The position numbers and the translations under genes were made by a program. A stretch of 64,000 nucleotides of DNA from Candidatus Binatia bacterium (GTDB taxonomy: Bacteria; Desulfobacterota; Binatia; HRBIN30). Location of the stretch: assembly GCA_038245295.1 (NCBI GenBank), contig JBBRSP010000023.1, positions 23,957 to 87,956 on the forward strand, read 5' to 3'. The first letter of the stretch is position 1; each line of letters starts with the position of its first letter. Below are positions 1 through 9,521 of the stretch, piece after piece. The notes beneath the pieces are model-generated. The model was not told the DNA's origin. It did not search any database and was given only the letters and a program-made list of their open reading frames with translations.

Positions 1-1
1 C

Positions 2-853
2 GAGATCTACGGTGACGCCGCGACCATCTCGGGAGGCGTGTTCGCGCCGATGGGCCGGGCCAGCGTCGAGGGCGAGACCTACCGCGTCAGCGGTCGATGG
101 TCGTTTGCCAGCGGCTGTCAACATTGTTCCTGGCTCATGGGCGGTTGCATTGTTGCCGGAGCAGCGCCGCTGCCCAATGGGGCGCCTGATATTCAGCTCG
201 TCTTGTTCCCGGCCGCGGCAGCACGGGTGGTGGATACCTGGGATGTCTCCGGGCTGCGCGGCACCGGCAGCCATGACATCGTCGTCGACGATCTGATTAT
301 CCCGCAGACGCAATCTCTGTCGCTGATCACCGGTCAACCGCATTATCCCGGCCCCCTCTATGCGTTTCCCCTGTTCGGGCTGCTTGCCGCTGGTGTGGCG
401 GCGGTTGCCCTCGGGGTGGCGCGGCGGGCCATCGAGGAGCTGACGTTACTCGCTGGGAAAAAGACCCCGTCGGCAAGTCGCCGACGGTTGGCCGAACGCG
501 CCATGGTTCAAGTGGATGTTGCGCGAGCCGAGGCGCTCGTGCTGTCGGGACGGGCCTTTCTCTTCGAAGCCATTGCTCAAGCATGGGATGCCGCCCGCGC
601 CACCGGCAGGATACCGACGGAACAGCGCGCCCGTCTGCGTCTGGCGGCGACGAACGCGACGACCAGCGCTGCCCAGGCCACCGATCTGATGTACACCGCC
701 GGGGGCGGTTCTTCGATTTACGCGTCGAACGCCTTGCAGCGCTGCTTTCGCGACGTGCACGTCGCCACGCAGCACCTCATGGTCAGTAGCTCAACCCTCG
801 AGTTGGCGGGCCGCATCTTGCTCGGGTTGGAAACCGACACATCGCAACTTTGA
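2..853 (+). CDS. Acyl-CoA dehydrogenase-fold flavin-dependent monooxygenase, oxygenase subunit (HsaA-like), 5'-truncated by the window edge
   Basis: Frame is open from base 2 ([17 protein letters not shown]...). Motifs [24 protein letters not shown] and LQRCFRDVH. Confidence 0.85.
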   Translation, partial: EIYGDAATISGGVFAPMGRASVEGETYRVSGRWSFASGCQHCSWLMGGCIVAGAAPLPNGAPDIQLVLFPAAAARVVDTWDVSGLRGTGSHDIVVDDLIIPQTQSLSLITGQPHYPGPLYAFPLFGLLAAGVAAVALGVARRAIEELTLLAGKKTPSASRRRLAERAMVQVDVARAEALVLSGRAFLFEAIAQAWDAARATGRIPTEQRARLRLAATNATTSAAQATDLMYTAGGGSSIYASNALQRCFRDVHVATQHLMVSSSTLELAGRILLGLETDTSQL

Positions 854-861
854 GGTGACCG

Positions 862-1647
862 ATGGAATTCAAGACTCTGCAGCTCGAACGCCTTGGCCCG
901 GTCTTGCGTGTGACGATTGCGCACCCGACGAGCCCTCTGAATGCCGTCGACGAAGCGCTTCATTCGGATCTGACCAGGCTGTTTTCGATGTTACGCCGCG
1001 AGACAGAAGCGCGCGCTGTGATTCTGACCGGACGCGGGCGCGCTTTTTCCGCCGGCGGTGACTTCAACTGGTTCCCTGAGTTGCAGGAGCCAGGACGTGC
1101 CGAGTTGCTGCGCCGGGATGGGAAGCAACTCATCTGGGACCTTCTCGACATCGAGATCCCGATCATCGCGGCACTCAATGGGCCGGCGATCGGACTCGGG
1201 GCTTCGATCGCGTTGCTCTGCGACATGATCTTCATGGCCGACAGCGCCACGATCGCCGACCCGCATGTGCGCGTCGGCATCGTTGCCGGTGATGGTGGCG
1301 CGGCAATCTGGCCACTCGCGGTCGGTCCAGCGCGTGCCAAGCAGTATCTTCTCACCGGCGATCCGTTGACCGCGGTAGAAGCCGAGCGCATCGGGTTGAT
1401 CAACAAGGTCGTTGCCGCCGATCAGCTGCAAGCCGAAGCGTTGGCCTTTGCCGAGCGCCTCGCCGCCGGCGCGCCGTTGGCGATTCGCTACACGAAGCTG
1501 TCCGTCAATAAACTCGTCAAGGATGCGCTCAACGTCGCGTTCGATACGTCGATGGCGTACGAGATCGTCACCTTCCAGAGTGAGGACCACCAGGAGGCAT
1601 TGGACGCCATCAAGGATAAACGTGCCCCACGGTTCCGCGGCCGGTAG
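862..1647 (+). CDS. Enoyl-CoA hydratase/isomerase family protein
   Basis: AFSAGGD, PIIAALNGPAIGLG; RBS GAGG. Confidence 0.92.
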   Translation: MEFKTLQLERLGPVLRVTIAHPTSPLNAVDEALHSDLTRLFSMLRRETEARAVILTGRGRAFSAGGDFNWFPELQEPGRAELLRRDGKQLIWDLLDIEIPIIAALNGPAIGLGASIALLCDMIFMADSATIADPHVRVGIVAGDGGAAIWPLAVGPARAKQYLLTGDPLTAVEAERIGLINKVVAADQLQAEALAFAERLAAGAPLAIRYTKLSVNKLVKDALNVAFDTSMAYEIVTFQSEDHQEALDAIKDKRAPRFRGR

Positions 1648-1670
1648 GGTCGGTTCGCGAATGCCCCGAC
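1644..1670. repeat. Degenerate GTAG-type REP-like palindrome
   Basis: GTAGGGTCGGTTCGCGAATGCCCCGAC resembles the copy at 44563-44596. Confidence 0.5.
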
Positions 1671-1728
1671 GCGGCAAGGAGTCCTGAGGCAGCTCGCCGC
1701 GGTTTGACTCATCCTGCTCCTTCACCCT

Positions 1729-2889
1729 ATGGGCTACCGGATGACTGACTCCGTCTATTTCACCGACGAACATCGCGCCTTTCGCGACATGGTGCATCGT
1801 CTGGTGAGCACCGAGCTTGCGCCGCACGTCGACGAGTGGGAGGCGCAAGGCTTTTTTCCGCGCCGTGTTTACGAACAATGCGGCGCCCTCGGCCTGTTGG
1901 GGCTGATGCATGACGAAGCGTACGGCGGCACGCCCGGTACTGATCTGTTTCATCTCTTGATCCTGGCCGAAGAACTGGTCATCGCCGGCCTCTGTGGCAG
2001 CTTCGCCGCGAGTGTCCTCACCGCCTACATTGCCACGCCACCCTTGCGACGCTGGGGAACCGAGGCACAGAAGCAGCAGTTTCTACCACCAGTGATTCGC
2101 GGCGAATGGGTTGCGGCGCTCGGCATCACCGAGCCCGACGCCGGCTCGGACGTTGCGGGCATCCGTACCCGCGCCGTACGCGACGGCGACTTCTATGTCG
2201 TCAACGGATCAAAGACCTTCATCACCTGCGGAGCCGAAGCCAACTATGTAACAACGGCGGTGCGCACGGGTGGGGAAGGGCACCGCGGCCTCTCGTTACT
2301 CGTCATTCCCACGGACACCCCTGGTTTTCGCGTCGCCCGACGCTTGGAAAAAATGGGCTGGCGGTCGTCGCAAACCGCTGAGTTGGCGTTCGAAGACTGT
2401 CGTGTGCCGGTCGGCAATCTACTCGGCCGCGAGAACGACGGCTTCAAGATGATCATGTCGAACTTTCAGGTGGAGCGCCTCATGCTTGCCACCTCGGCCT
2501 GGGCGAGCGCCGAGTTGGCACTGCAGCAAGCGCTATCGTATGCGCAGACCCGCCGCGCCTTCGGGTCGAAGCTCAGTGAGAAGCAGGTGATCCAACACAA
2601 GCTTGCCGCCATGGCCACTCAAGTCGATGTGGCGCGCGAGTACGTTCGGCGCGTTGCCTACCGTTACGTCCACGGTGACGACTGCACGAGCGAAGTATCG
2701 ATGGCTAAGAACTTTGCTTATCAGGTGGCAGATTTCGTGATTGACGAAGCTGTACAAATCCACGGCGGCATGGGCTACATGATCGGAACCGTGGTGGAGC
2801 GGCTCTACCGCGATAATCGAATTCTAGGCATCGGCGGGGGCACCAACGAGATCATGAACGAGATCATCGCCAAACGACTGGGCCTGTAG
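1729..2889 (+). CDS. Acyl-CoA dehydrogenase (start may be ATG 1741)
   Basis: ITEPDAGSD, NGSKTFIT, QIHGGMGY, IGGGTNEIM. Confidence 0.95.
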   Translation: MGYRMTDSVYFTDEHRAFRDMVHRLVSTELAPHVDEWEAQGFFPRRVYEQCGALGLLGLMHDEAYGGTPGTDLFHLLILAEELVIAGLCGSFAASVLTAYIATPPLRRWGTEAQKQQFLPPVIRGEWVAALGITEPDAGSDVAGIRTRAVRDGDFYVVNGSKTFITCGAEANYVTTAVRTGGEGHRGLSLLVIPTDTPGFRVARRLEKMGWRSSQTAELAFEDCRVPVGNLLGRENDGFKMIMSNFQVERLMLATSAWASAELALQQALSYAQTRRAFGSKLSEKQVIQHKLAAMATQVDVAREYVRRVAYRYVHGDDCTSEVSMAKNFAYQVADFVIDEAVQIHGGMGYMIGTVVERLYRDNRILGIGGGTNEIMNEIIAKRLGL

Positions 2890-2898
2890 GCTCCGTAG

Positions 2899-3972
2899 AT
2901 GCAGTTGTCTGTCGATCAGATTTCCGCGCTGCTCGTGGGAACCGATTTGTTCCAGGGCTTCCAGCCGACGACGCTGCGTCATGTTGCGTCGATCTGCCGG
3001 GTTGTCGAATTGGCCGCGGGCCAGGTGTTGTTTCTGGTCGACGAGGACGGATCCTCACTCTACGTCGTGGTCGACGGTATACTGCAGGTTTACCGCGGTG
3101 AGCGCATCATCGCGCAGATCCAACCCAACGAATACGTCGGCGAGATGGCGTTGTTCGACCCGGGCCCGCGCAGCGCCTCGGTGCGTGCCGTGACGCCGGC
3201 CCAGGTGATCGAGGTGTCGCGCGACGTATACGACCAGTTTCTGGCTAGCGAACCGCAAACCTTGGTGGCGATGATGCGAACGATGACGCGCAGGCTGCGC
3301 AACATGCACGCCGACACCCAGGTGGCCTACGAACACGTGAATTTGCAGGTCCACGACATGCTGAATCTGGTCAACGTGCTTGCCAGCGCATCTTTGATCG
3401 AAGATGCCCTGCCGAAAGACGACGAAAACCAGCGCTTCGTGCGTATGATTCTCAGCGTTCAGGAACGGCTGGCTCAGATGATGCGCGTCGCCCTGCAACG
3501 AGCCCGCGGCGCCAGCAAAGAGTATGTGAAGGCTCCGACGGATTTGGCCAATCTGGTGCACGAATGTGTCGAGCGTGATCTGGCTCTGCATCCCGACCTG
3601 GGGCACGTTCGTATCTCGATTGAAACCGCTCCCGCACTCCCGGCCTGTGTATGCAATGCCAGCGACGTGCGCCGCGTCGTCGAGAATCTGGTGATCAACG
3701 CCTCGCAGGCGGCACCCGGAGGCGACATCAAACTGGGGCTGACGCATGACGACGACATTGTCCGCTTATCGGTGCGTGATAACGGTTCTGGCATTGCCCC
3801 GGAAACCCTGCCGCGCATCTTCGAGCCGCATTTCACGACGAAGCCCTACGGCAATGGCCTCGGCCTCGCGTCCTGTCGGCAGATCATCGAGACGCTGCAC
3901 GGCGGCCACTTGATCTGCGAATCGCAGCCCGGCCGCGGCACTACGTTTACCTGCGAGTTTCCCAGATCCTGA
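2899..3972 (+). CDS. Cyclic-nucleotide-binding domain sensor histidine kinase
   Basis: cNMP domain (GEMALFD...RSASVRA), atypical H-box VHDMLN, HATPase (NLVINA, DNGSG, FTTK, GLGL). Confidence 0.88.
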   Translation: MQLSVDQISALLVGTDLFQGFQPTTLRHVASICRVVELAAGQVLFLVDEDGSSLYVVVDGILQVYRGERIIAQIQPNEYVGEMALFDPGPRSASVRAVTPAQVIEVSRDVYDQFLASEPQTLVAMMRTMTRRLRNMHADTQVAYEHVNLQVHDMLNLVNVLASASLIEDALPKDDENQRFVRMILSVQERLAQMMRVALQRARGASKEYVKAPTDLANLVHECVERDLALHPDLGHVRISIETAPALPACVCNASDVRRVVENLVINASQAAPGGDIKLGLTHDDDIVRLSVRDNGSGIAPETLPRIFEPHFTTKPYGNGLGLASCRQIIETLHGGHLICESQPGRGTTFTCEFPRS

Positions 3973-3981
3973 GCTGGACGG

Positions 3982-5262
3982 ATGGGAGTTGTATTCCCGT
4001 TCTACTGGCTGCTTGGTTGTGCGGCTGTCTGCCTCGTTGGCTGGCGGCGTCTTGGCACGGTTGCCTCGCCGTGGACGATCTTCGGCATTGCCCTGGCTGT
4101 TCGGCTAGTTCCGGCGTTGGTCGCAAGCACACCAAGCGGTGCGCTGATTCACTACGACCTCGAGTCGATGGACATCGTGGCGCGTCTGGTGCGACGCGGC
4201 GAGGACGTTTACGCGGCGACGGCGCGTTACCCCTATTTGCCGTTCCAGATGTATCTCTGGGCTGCGGCCAGTTGGTTGAGTGAACACGCGGGCTTGCCGT
4301 TCGAGGTATTGATCAAACTACCGTTGGCGCTCAGCGATGCTTTGATCTGCGTGTTGATGTCGTCGTGGAATCGGCAACCCGCTGCCGGCGAACACGACCG
4401 CGCCGCACTGATCTATGCCTTCAACCCCGTTTCGATCACCGTTGCGTGTATCCATGGGCAGTTCGACTCGACAGTGATTGCCTTTCTGGTGGCCTCGATG
4501 CTGCTCGTGCGTCGCCGCGCTCGTCCGGCCTTCGCCGGCGCGGTCTTCGGGCTGAGCATCCTAGCCAAGCCGTGGCCGATTTTTCTCCTCCCGCTGGCCC
4601 TTTCGCAGCTCGGCCGATGGCGTCAACGCGCCGAGTTCGTCACGGGTGCCGGTGTCGTCATCTTGCTGGTAACTCTTCTCTATTGCGCTGTCTTCGCTGT
4701 CTCACCGCTGACCGTGGCGGGTCGAGTCGGAGGATACAGCAGCATGGTTGGTGCTTGGGGAATCCCGCTGATTGCCAGTCGGATCGCCGGCGCCGGCATG
4801 GGAGCTATCTTCGCCGCGCACGGAGTCAGTGCGGAAATCGTGCTCCAGGTGGGCAAACTTCTTCTGTTGCTCCTGCTGGCGAGTGCCGGCATTTGGCTGC
4901 AGCGCCTGCCCATTGAGCGCGCTTGCTGCATCGTCCTGCTGGCGTTCGATGTCTTCACCTACGGCTGGGGTTTCCATTATCTCGCATGGGTCGTGCCCTT
5001 CCTGTTGCTAGCGGACCAGGGTGTCGCCGCATGGATCTATCTGGCAAGCGCGACCCTGTCGTTGCTGGTGGTGCTCTACGGGATGGGCGGCCTGGCCCTC
5101 ATGCTGCCTGGCTGGCCCCTGGCGGTTACACATCCGGCGGCGGCGGCATTGTTCATGTGGAGTGCCTGCATTGTGGTAAGCCTCCTGCTTCTCGTCGAAT
5201 GGTTGCTCGGCGTGCCTTCCCTCCGGCGCGGCGCCGAACTAGAAGTGCCGCCACGTCACTAA
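3982..5262 (+). CDS. Polytopic membrane glycosyltransferase, GT-C fold (GT87/PIG-M-like)
   Basis: Many TM helices; YPYLP, AFNP, HGQFD, K-P-W-P, YLAW motifs. Confidence 0.7.
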   Translation: MGVVFPFYWLLGCAAVCLVGWRRLGTVASPWTIFGIALAVRLVPALVASTPSGALIHYDLESMDIVARLVRRGEDVYAATARYPYLPFQMYLWAAASWLSEHAGLPFEVLIKLPLALSDALICVLMSSWNRQPAAGEHDRAALIYAFNPVSITVACIHGQFDSTVIAFLVASMLLVRRRARPAFAGAVFGLSILAKPWPIFLLPLALSQLGRWRQRAEFVTGAGVVILLVTLLYCAVFAVSPLTVAGRVGGYSSMVGAWGIPLIASRIAGAGMGAIFAAHGVSAEIVLQVGKLLLLLLLASAGIWLQRLPIERACCIVLLAFDVFTYGWGFHYLAWVVPFLLLADQGVAAWIYLASATLSLLVVLYGMGGLALMLPGWPLAVTHPAAAALFMWSACIVVSLLLLVEWLLGVPSLRRGAELEVPPRH

Positions 5263-5277
5263 AGAGGAGACCAGCCC

Positions 5278-5580
5278 ATGGGAATCACCGTAGTCGCCAA
5301 ACTGAAGGTGCAGGCGGGTAGCGAAGAGCAGTTTACGACGGCTGCCGCCAAGATGATCGAGTACGTCAAGGCCAACGAGCCTGGCACGCTGCAGTACATC
5401 CTGCACCGCGCCGATGGCGACGCCTCGACCTTCATGTTCTACGAAGTGTACACGGACAAGGACGCCATGAAGGCGCACAGCGGTAGCCCGGCGATGATGG
5501 AGTTGTTCGGCGCCATCGGCGGCTTGCTCGACGGCGCCCCCGAGATCGCCAAATACGACGAGATCGCCGGCAAGAAGTAA
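5278..5580 (+). CDS. Antibiotic biosynthesis monooxygenase (ABM) family protein
   Basis: 100 aa; EPGTLQY, FMFYEVY..DA..AH; RBS GAGGAG. Confidence 0.88.
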   Translation: MGITVVAKLKVQAGSEEQFTTAAAKMIEYVKANEPGTLQYILHRADGDASTFMFYEVYTDKDAMKAHSGSPAMMELFGAIGGLLDGAPEIAKYDEIAGKK

Positions 5581-6203
5581 TGTCAATTCGCGCCGTTATT
5601 TTTGACGTCGGCGGGGTGGTCGTGGGCTCACCGTTGCATGCGATTGCAGGCTACGAACGTGACCACGGCATCCCCGCCGGGTTCATCAACCGGGTCGTCG
5701 TCGACACGGCGCCGCACGGCGCGTGGTCACGCCTCGAACGCGGCGAGCTCGACCTCGAGGCGTTCTACCCGGCCTTCGAGGCCGACTGTCTGGCGGGCGG
5801 GCAGGGCATCTCGGCGCGGCTGATGATGGAACGTGTCGCCGCCTCGACGGGGCCGCGTCCGCTGATGCTCGATGCGGTGCGGCTCATTCGCGAACGCGGC
5901 CTCCGTACCGGTGTGATCACCAACAACTGGATCGGCGAAGAGAGTGCCATGGCGCCACTAAAGCCGTTGTTTGATGTCTTCATCGAATCAGCGGTGGTGG
6001 GCATGCGCAAACCCGATCCGCGCATCTTCGAGATGACGTGCCGCGCCCTCGAGGTCGAGCCGACCGAGACCGTGTTCCTCGATGACATCGGCATCAACCT
6101 CAAGCCGGCACGTGCCATGGGCATGAGTACCATCAAGGTAGCCGATCCCGAGCAGGCCCTCGCCGAGTTGCAGGCATTGCTCGGTTTTCCCCTAACCGTG
6201 TGA
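5580..6203 (+). CDS. HAD family phosphatase (epoxide hydrolase N-terminal-like)
   Basis: FDVGGV, RKPDPRIF, FLDDIGINL; TAATG coupling. Confidence 0.9.
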   Translation: MSIRAVIFDVGGVVVGSPLHAIAGYERDHGIPAGFINRVVVDTAPHGAWSRLERGELDLEAFYPAFEADCLAGGQGISARLMMERVAASTGPRPLMLDAVRLIRERGLRTGVITNNWIGEESAMAPLKPLFDVFIESAVVGMRKPDPRIFEMTCRALEVEPTETVFLDDIGINLKPARAMGMSTIKVADPEQALAELQALLGFPLTV

Positions 6204-7978
6204 CCCTCCCACGCCCCGAGTACGGCCGCCGCCTGGAGGTGGCCCAAGCGCAGGCAGAACTTCTGCGGCGTCGCGATCGTTTGCTGTCGCGCTGGCGTCT
6301 CGTCTTGTTTCTCCTGGCGGTGGTTCTGCTGCTCGTCGCGTTCGACTCGCATAGCTTCTCCTCCTATTGGGCCCTGCCGCCGGGTGTTGTCTTTCTGGTG
6401 CTGGTGTTTGTGCACGAAGACGTGGCGGCGCGTCTGTCGAGGGCCGAGCGCATTGTGCAGTTCTACGAAGCGGCGATCGATCGACTCGAAGAACGGTGGA
6501 TGGGCAAGGGCAACCCCGGCAACGAATATCCCGCCGCCGACCATCCGTACGCTGCCGACCTCGACCTCTTTGGGCGCGCATCGTTGTTCGAACGCATCTG
6601 CAGCGCCCGCACACTGGCGGGCGAGCGCGCTTTGGCACAGTGGTTCCTGGAGACCAGCCCGCCGGATGTCGTGCGCGCGCGTCAGACCGCCGTGGCGGAG
6701 CTGACACCGTTGCTCGACTTGCGGGAGGCTCTGCACGTTGCGGCGTCGGCCGTGCGTGCGGGTGTCGACCCTGAGGCCCTCACCGGCTGGGCCAGTCGTC
6801 CCGGCGCGTCGGTCGGCCTGGCTCGTGTAGCGGCGGCGGTCGTTGTGGCGCATACGGTGCTCGCCTTCGCCGCGGCCATGATGGGTTTGGGATTCCTCTG
6901 GCTCGGTATCGCTCTGCTGCTGCAAACGGTGGTTGGGTCACTGCTGTCGCGGCGTGTGCATGAGATCATCCACGGCGTGGCGCAGCCTGATCACGGCCTC
7001 GACCTGTGCGCCGCGGCGTTGAAGTGTGTCGAAGCGCAGCAGTTCAGTGCGGCTCGACTGGTCGAGTTGCGGCACAGCCTCGACGCGGATGGCGAGCCGC
7101 CGTCGCGGCGCATCGCGCGATTGCATCAGCTGGTGCAGTGGCTCGATGCGCGCAAGAACCAACTGCTCGCGCCGGTTGCGGGTCTGGTGATGTGGACCAC
7201 GCATTGTGCCCTGGCAATCGAAGCCTGGCGACTCGCGACTGGGAATGTGGTCGGTACGTGGATCGCGGCGCTCGGCGAGATCGAAGCGTTGCTCTCCCTG
7301 GCGGGATACGCGTTCGATTACCCGAATGATGTCTTTGCCGAGATCCTCGATGGTGGCCCCGCGCTCGACGCGGTTGGCCTGGCGCATCCGCTCATCAATG
7401 AGACGCGGGCGGTGCGCAACGATGTCCATCTCGGCAAAGCACCACAAGCGCTCATCGTGAGTGGGTCGAATATGTCCGGCAAGAGCACACTCCTGCGGTC
7501 TGTTGGGACCAACGCCGTCCTCGCCTTCGCCGGCGCACCGGTCCGGGCTCGGTCGCTGCGGCTATCAGTGCTGGCTGTGGGCGCGTCGATTCGCACTCTC
7601 GATTCCCTGCAGGACGGAACGTCGCGCTTCTACGCCGAAATCCAACGACTCAAACAACTCATGGATCTGGGCGGCGGCAAAACGCCTCTCCTGTTTCTGC
7701 TCGACGAAATTTTGCATGGCACCAACTCCCACGATCGCGGCATCGGCGCCGAAGCCATCGTCCGCGGTTTCCTGGCATGCGGCGCCATCGGGTTGGTGAC
7801 GACACATGACCTGGCGCTGACGCGAGTCGCGGAAGGGTTGGCACCGGTCGTCATCAACGTTCACTTCGAAGACATCCTCGTCGACGGTAAGATGAGCTTC
7901 GACTACCGCATGCACCCGGGCGTGGTCACTCACAGTAACGCACTGGCCTTGATGCGTGCGGTAGGGCTTCAAGTGTGA
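6200..7978 (+). CDS. Membrane-anchored MutS-family ATPase (domain V only)
   Basis: Walker A GSNMSGKS, DSL..G.S.FYAE, LLDEILHGTN, TTHD; N-terminal TM helices. Confidence 0.88.
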   Translation: MTLPRPEYGRRLEVAQAQAELLRRRDRLLSRWRLVLFLLAVVLLLVAFDSHSFSSYWALPPGVVFLVLVFVHEDVAARLSRAERIVQFYEAAIDRLEERWMGKGNPGNEYPAADHPYAADLDLFGRASLFERICSARTLAGERALAQWFLETSPPDVVRARQTAVAELTPLLDLREALHVAASAVRAGVDPEALTGWASRPGASVGLARVAAAVVVAHTVLAFAAAMMGLGFLWLGIALLLQTVVGSLLSRRVHEIIHGVAQPDHGLDLCAAALKCVEAQQFSAARLVELRHSLDADGEPPSRRIARLHQLVQWLDARKNQLLAPVAGLVMWTTHCALAIEAWRLATGNVVGTWIAALGEIEALLSLAGYAFDYPNDVFAEILDGGPALDAVGLAHPLINETRAVRNDVHLGKAPQALIVSGSNMSGKSTLLRSVGTNAVLAFAGAPVRARSLRLSVLAVGASIRTLDSLQDGTSRFYAEIQRLKQLMDLGGGKTPLLFLLDEILHGTNSHDRGIGAEAIVRGFLACGAIGLVTTHDLALTRVAEGLAPVVINVHFEDILVDGKMSFDYRMHPGVVTHSNALALMRAVGLQV

Positions 7979-8151
7979 AGGCGCGTCGCACTTCCGATAG
8001 ACACGTGGGGGCGGCGATTCTTGGCGTTGTCAGGCGTTTGCATTCGTGAGAGGATTCGTTCACTTTTGGATACCGGACGGGCTCGGACAGAATTGGGCTC
8101 GAATGTCTGTTTTCAGCATGTTGGGCTACGTGCTGGCTGATCGGAGGGGGA

Positions 8152-9474
8152 ATGACGTCAATTGGCACCCTGGGGGCACGGTGGGTGGTAATGCTTGCCG
8201 CATTGATAGCGTGGCGCGGAATCGCGGCCGCACAGGTTCGGACGTTGACAGTCAGCCCTTCCGTTCGCCTCGTTCCTACCGGCGGCACAGCGAGTGTCGA
8301 CCTCGTCGTCGATGACGCAACCGATCTGCTCGCCGCCGATATCGGGATCGTCTACGACGGTTCCGTGTTGTCCGTACAGCCGGCCGGCGCAACGACGGCG
8401 ACGGGGTGTTTTCTTACCGCCAATATGGCACCGGACGGGAACATCTGTCTGGGCTTGGCCTGTACCAACCCCTTGATGGGTACCAACGTCACCCTCGCAT
8501 CGATCCAATTCAGTAACATCACGGCCATGATGCCGCCCGGACCCGATGCGCCGACGGGGATATCGGCGGTAACCATCAGTTCCGCAGGGTGCCACGGCAG
8601 TACACCGCCGGCGGGGGGCTGCCTGCTGAACGACAACAGCCCTGATGATGACAGTTGCCTGGTCAGCAACGGATTGATCAATGTCGGCGCTCCGCCCACG
8701 GCGACGCCAACAACCGTCTCGGCTACTCCCACGAGTGTTCCCACCGTCACCGCCACGGCGACGCCGGAAGACGGCGGCTTCGCGCCGCCGGACGCCAATA
8801 CGGCGAAGTGCGAGAAGCTGTTCGCTAAACAACGCAAGAAGCTCTCCCTATGCTCGACGAAGTGTCAGCTCAAGCAGGCGGATGCCGCGCTCAAAGGACA
8901 GGCATTTGACGACGACGCCTGCGAAGAAGGTATAGGTAAACCTGTTTCGTGCCGCGCCTCATACGACGCCGCCGTATCAAAACTCCTTGGGCGTGTGCCG
9001 CCCATCTGTCCGCCCTGCATCAATCCTACGACGCAGACGACCGTTGCCGACGGGGTGCTGCATTTTGCCGATGATAACAACGGGCTGATCTATTGCGCCG
9101 GGACGACGCCGCTGGGTGGAGACGATACCGGTTTCGTCCCACCGGACGCGAACGCCGCCGGTTGCGAAAAGTTGGTCGCCAAGAACGTCAAGAAGCTCTT
9201 CGTGTGCATGACGAAGTGTCAAATCAAACAGGCAGGCGCCGCTCTCAAGGGCGTACCGTTTGACGAGGAGGCGTGCGAAGAGGGAAGTGGCAAGCCGATC
9301 TCTTGTCGTGCCAGCTACGACAAGACTACGACAAAGTTGCTGGGCCGCATGCCGGCGATCTGCCCAGCATGTCTCGACGCAACGGCGCAGAGTCATTTGG
9401 CCGATTTGGTGATCAACTTTGTCGACAACAGCAATGGGTCGATCTACTGTGCCGGTTCCACGCCGCTGCCATAA
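8152..9474 (+). CDS. Secreted protein: cohesin-like domain plus two tandem Cys-rich domains
   Basis: Signal peptide ending AAA-Q; V.L.V.D...[11 protein letters not shown] beta-sandwich pattern; duplicated ~117-aa unit; RBS GGAGG. Confidence 0.75.
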   Translation: MTSIGTLGARWVVMLAALIAWRGIAAAQVRTLTVSPSVRLVPTGGTASVDLVVDDATDLLAADIGIVYDGSVLSVQPAGATTATGCFLTANMAPDGNICLGLACTNPLMGTNVTLASIQFSNITAMMPPGPDAPTGISAVTISSAGCHGSTPPAGGCLLNDNSPDDDSCLVSNGLINVGAPPTATPTTVSATPTSVPTVTATATPEDGGFAPPDANTAKCEKLFAKQRKKLSLCSTKCQLKQADAALKGQAFDDDACEEGIGKPVSCRASYDAAVSKLLGRVPPICPPCINPTTQTTVADGVLHFADDNNGLIYCAGTTPLGGDDTGFVPPDANAAGCEKLVAKNVKKLFVCMTKCQIKQAGAALKGVPFDEEACEEGSGKPISCRASYDKTTTKLLGRMPAICPACLDATAQSHLADLVINFVDNSNGSIYCAGSTPLP

Positions 9475-9521
9475 AGGCAGACGCGGTCGTGGCAACGATG
9501 TTGATGAGTTCGGAGGGGTAG

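Noticed and set aside
6200..7978. Canonical mismatch-repair mutS
   Set aside because: It lacks the N-terminal mismatch-recognition and connector domains and has TM segments.
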